64,000 nucleotides of DNA from Mobula hypostoma (Eukaryota): positions 225,000,001-225,064,000 of the forward strand of contig NC_086097.1 in NCBI RefSeq assembly GCF_963921235.1. The letters are read 5' to 3'. Below are positions 62,820 to 64,000 of this stretch, piece by piece. The first letter of the stretch is position 1. Each line of letters begins with the position of its first letter. The notes below the pieces were generated by a model, which was given only the letters and a program-made list of their open reading frames with translations, was not told the DNA's origin and ran no database searches. A program made the translations under genes and the position numbers.

Positions 62820-63287
62820 GGTTTTGGCGCCAACCTCTATACGCCTCTGGTTGGAAAGCATATTGGACTAAAGAAGGACCTTGCTGCTCAGCAGAAGTGT
62901 GAAAGTGGGAAAAGCAGTGGTTCTTGATCTCAATAGTTAACATAGGCAATGTACCTGAGAAAGGTTCTGATTTGTTAATCAGGCAGTTATTTGTGAAATG
63001 TGGCTTGGTTTTAAGCCAGAAGAGAATTCAAGGACCTCCAGGAAAGTTGCAAGCACTTAGCTTTTCTGAGTCGAAAGAACCAGATCCTGCTGTGTGTATT
63101 AAGGTTATTACATGAACTTCAAGTGGAAGACAAAAAGCTGTTTGTAAATAGATGCAAAGACCAAAGCCCAGCTGGATGAATAGAATGCCAAAAGGAAAGG
63201 AGTCAATGAAGATACATCAGAGGATTCATCAGATGATGTCTTGGAAGAGCAAACAATCAAGAGAGATTAGATCATAAAGGGAGCATG
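62820..63287 (+). pseudogene. RBM25: Processed pseudogene fragment of RBM25 (RRM region)
   Basis: LVGKHIGLKKD, IGNVPEKGSDLLIRQLFVKCGLVLSQKRIQGPPGKLQALSFSESKEP, LRLLHELQVEDKKLFV, DAKTKAQLDE* and IIKGA match the RBM25 RRM in order. It has frameshifts, a stop and no introns. Confidence 0.88.
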
Positions 63288-63997
63288 TAGATTGGGAGAC
63301 TGCTTCGCTGAGCACTTATGCTCTGTCCTCCGGAAAAAGTGGGATCTTCCTGTGACCACCCATTTTAATTCTACATTCCATTCTTATTCTAACATGCCAG
63401 TGGGTTATATGGGAGGCAGGGTTTGAGAGTCGGCACAACATTGTGGGCCGAAGGGCCTGTAATGTGCTGTACTATTCTATGTTCTATGCCAATCCATGGG
63501 CTCCTCTACTGTCACAATGAGGCCACATTCAGGTAGCCTCCAACCTAATGGCATGAAGGTCGATTTCTTGAACTTACGGTAATGCCCCCTCCCCACTTCA
63601 CCATTCCCCATCCCCTTTTCCTTCTCTCACCTTATCTCCTTGCCTCACCATCACCTTCCTCTGGTGCTCCTCTCCACCCCCGATTCTTTCTTCCATGGCC
63701 TTCTGTCTTCTCCTATCAGATTCCCCCTTCTCCAGCCCCTTATCTCTTCACCAATCAAATATTCAGCTCTTTACATCCACCACCTCCCCCCTCCAGCTTT
63801 CACTTTTCACCTAGTGTTTCTTCCTGCCCTCCCTTGACCTTCTTACTCTGACTCCTCATCTTTTTTTCTCCAGTCCTGATGAAGGCTCTCGGCCCAAAAT
63901 GCTGACTGTACTCTTTTCCATAGATGCTGCCTGACTTGCTGAGTTCCTTCAGCATTGTGTGTTCGTTGCTTGGCATCTGCTGATTTTCTCTTGTTTC
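63288..63997 (+). mobile_element. Penelope-like 3' fragment (GIY-YIG end + pLTR with decayed hammerhead) containing an 86-bp CR1 tail insert
   Basis: RLGDCFAEHL-like remnant. The CR1 piece 63400-63485 is flanked by ATGCCA. CTGATGAAGGCTCTCGGCCCAAAATG lies near 63876. Confidence 0.85.
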
Positions 63998-64000
63998 TAA

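Overview
This is repeat-dense vertebrate genomic DNA, probably from a cartilaginous fish (ray-like, inferred from the repeat content). The only host gene I can support is a + strand HNF4-family nuclear receptor, best matching HNF4G (NR2A2). Eight coding exons (8279-49377) splice at GT-AG sites into one open frame of 360 codons, from the second zinc finger through the ligand-binding domain and F domain to the stop. A transposon-free 3' UTR follows. The first-zinc-finger exon is not in the window. The rest is mostly nested retroelements: CR1, Rex-Babar-like LINEs, Penelope-like elements (PLE), two Gypsy relics and SINEs. Tc1, Tigger and hAT DNA-transposon derivatives are also present. The main observations are: (1) a PLE with an intact minimal hammerhead ribozyme, plus many short ribozyme-bearing derivatives of two families; (2) an intronless RBM25 fragment joined to a Gypsy internal region; (3) a cryptic decayed ~31-bp periodic array over about 4 kb; (4) a CpG-retaining bZIP/GATA motif cluster beside the DBD exon; (5) several unusual insertion geometries. 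Family names come from motif recognition, not database searches. Repeat boundaries are approximate unless a TSD or TIR is given.
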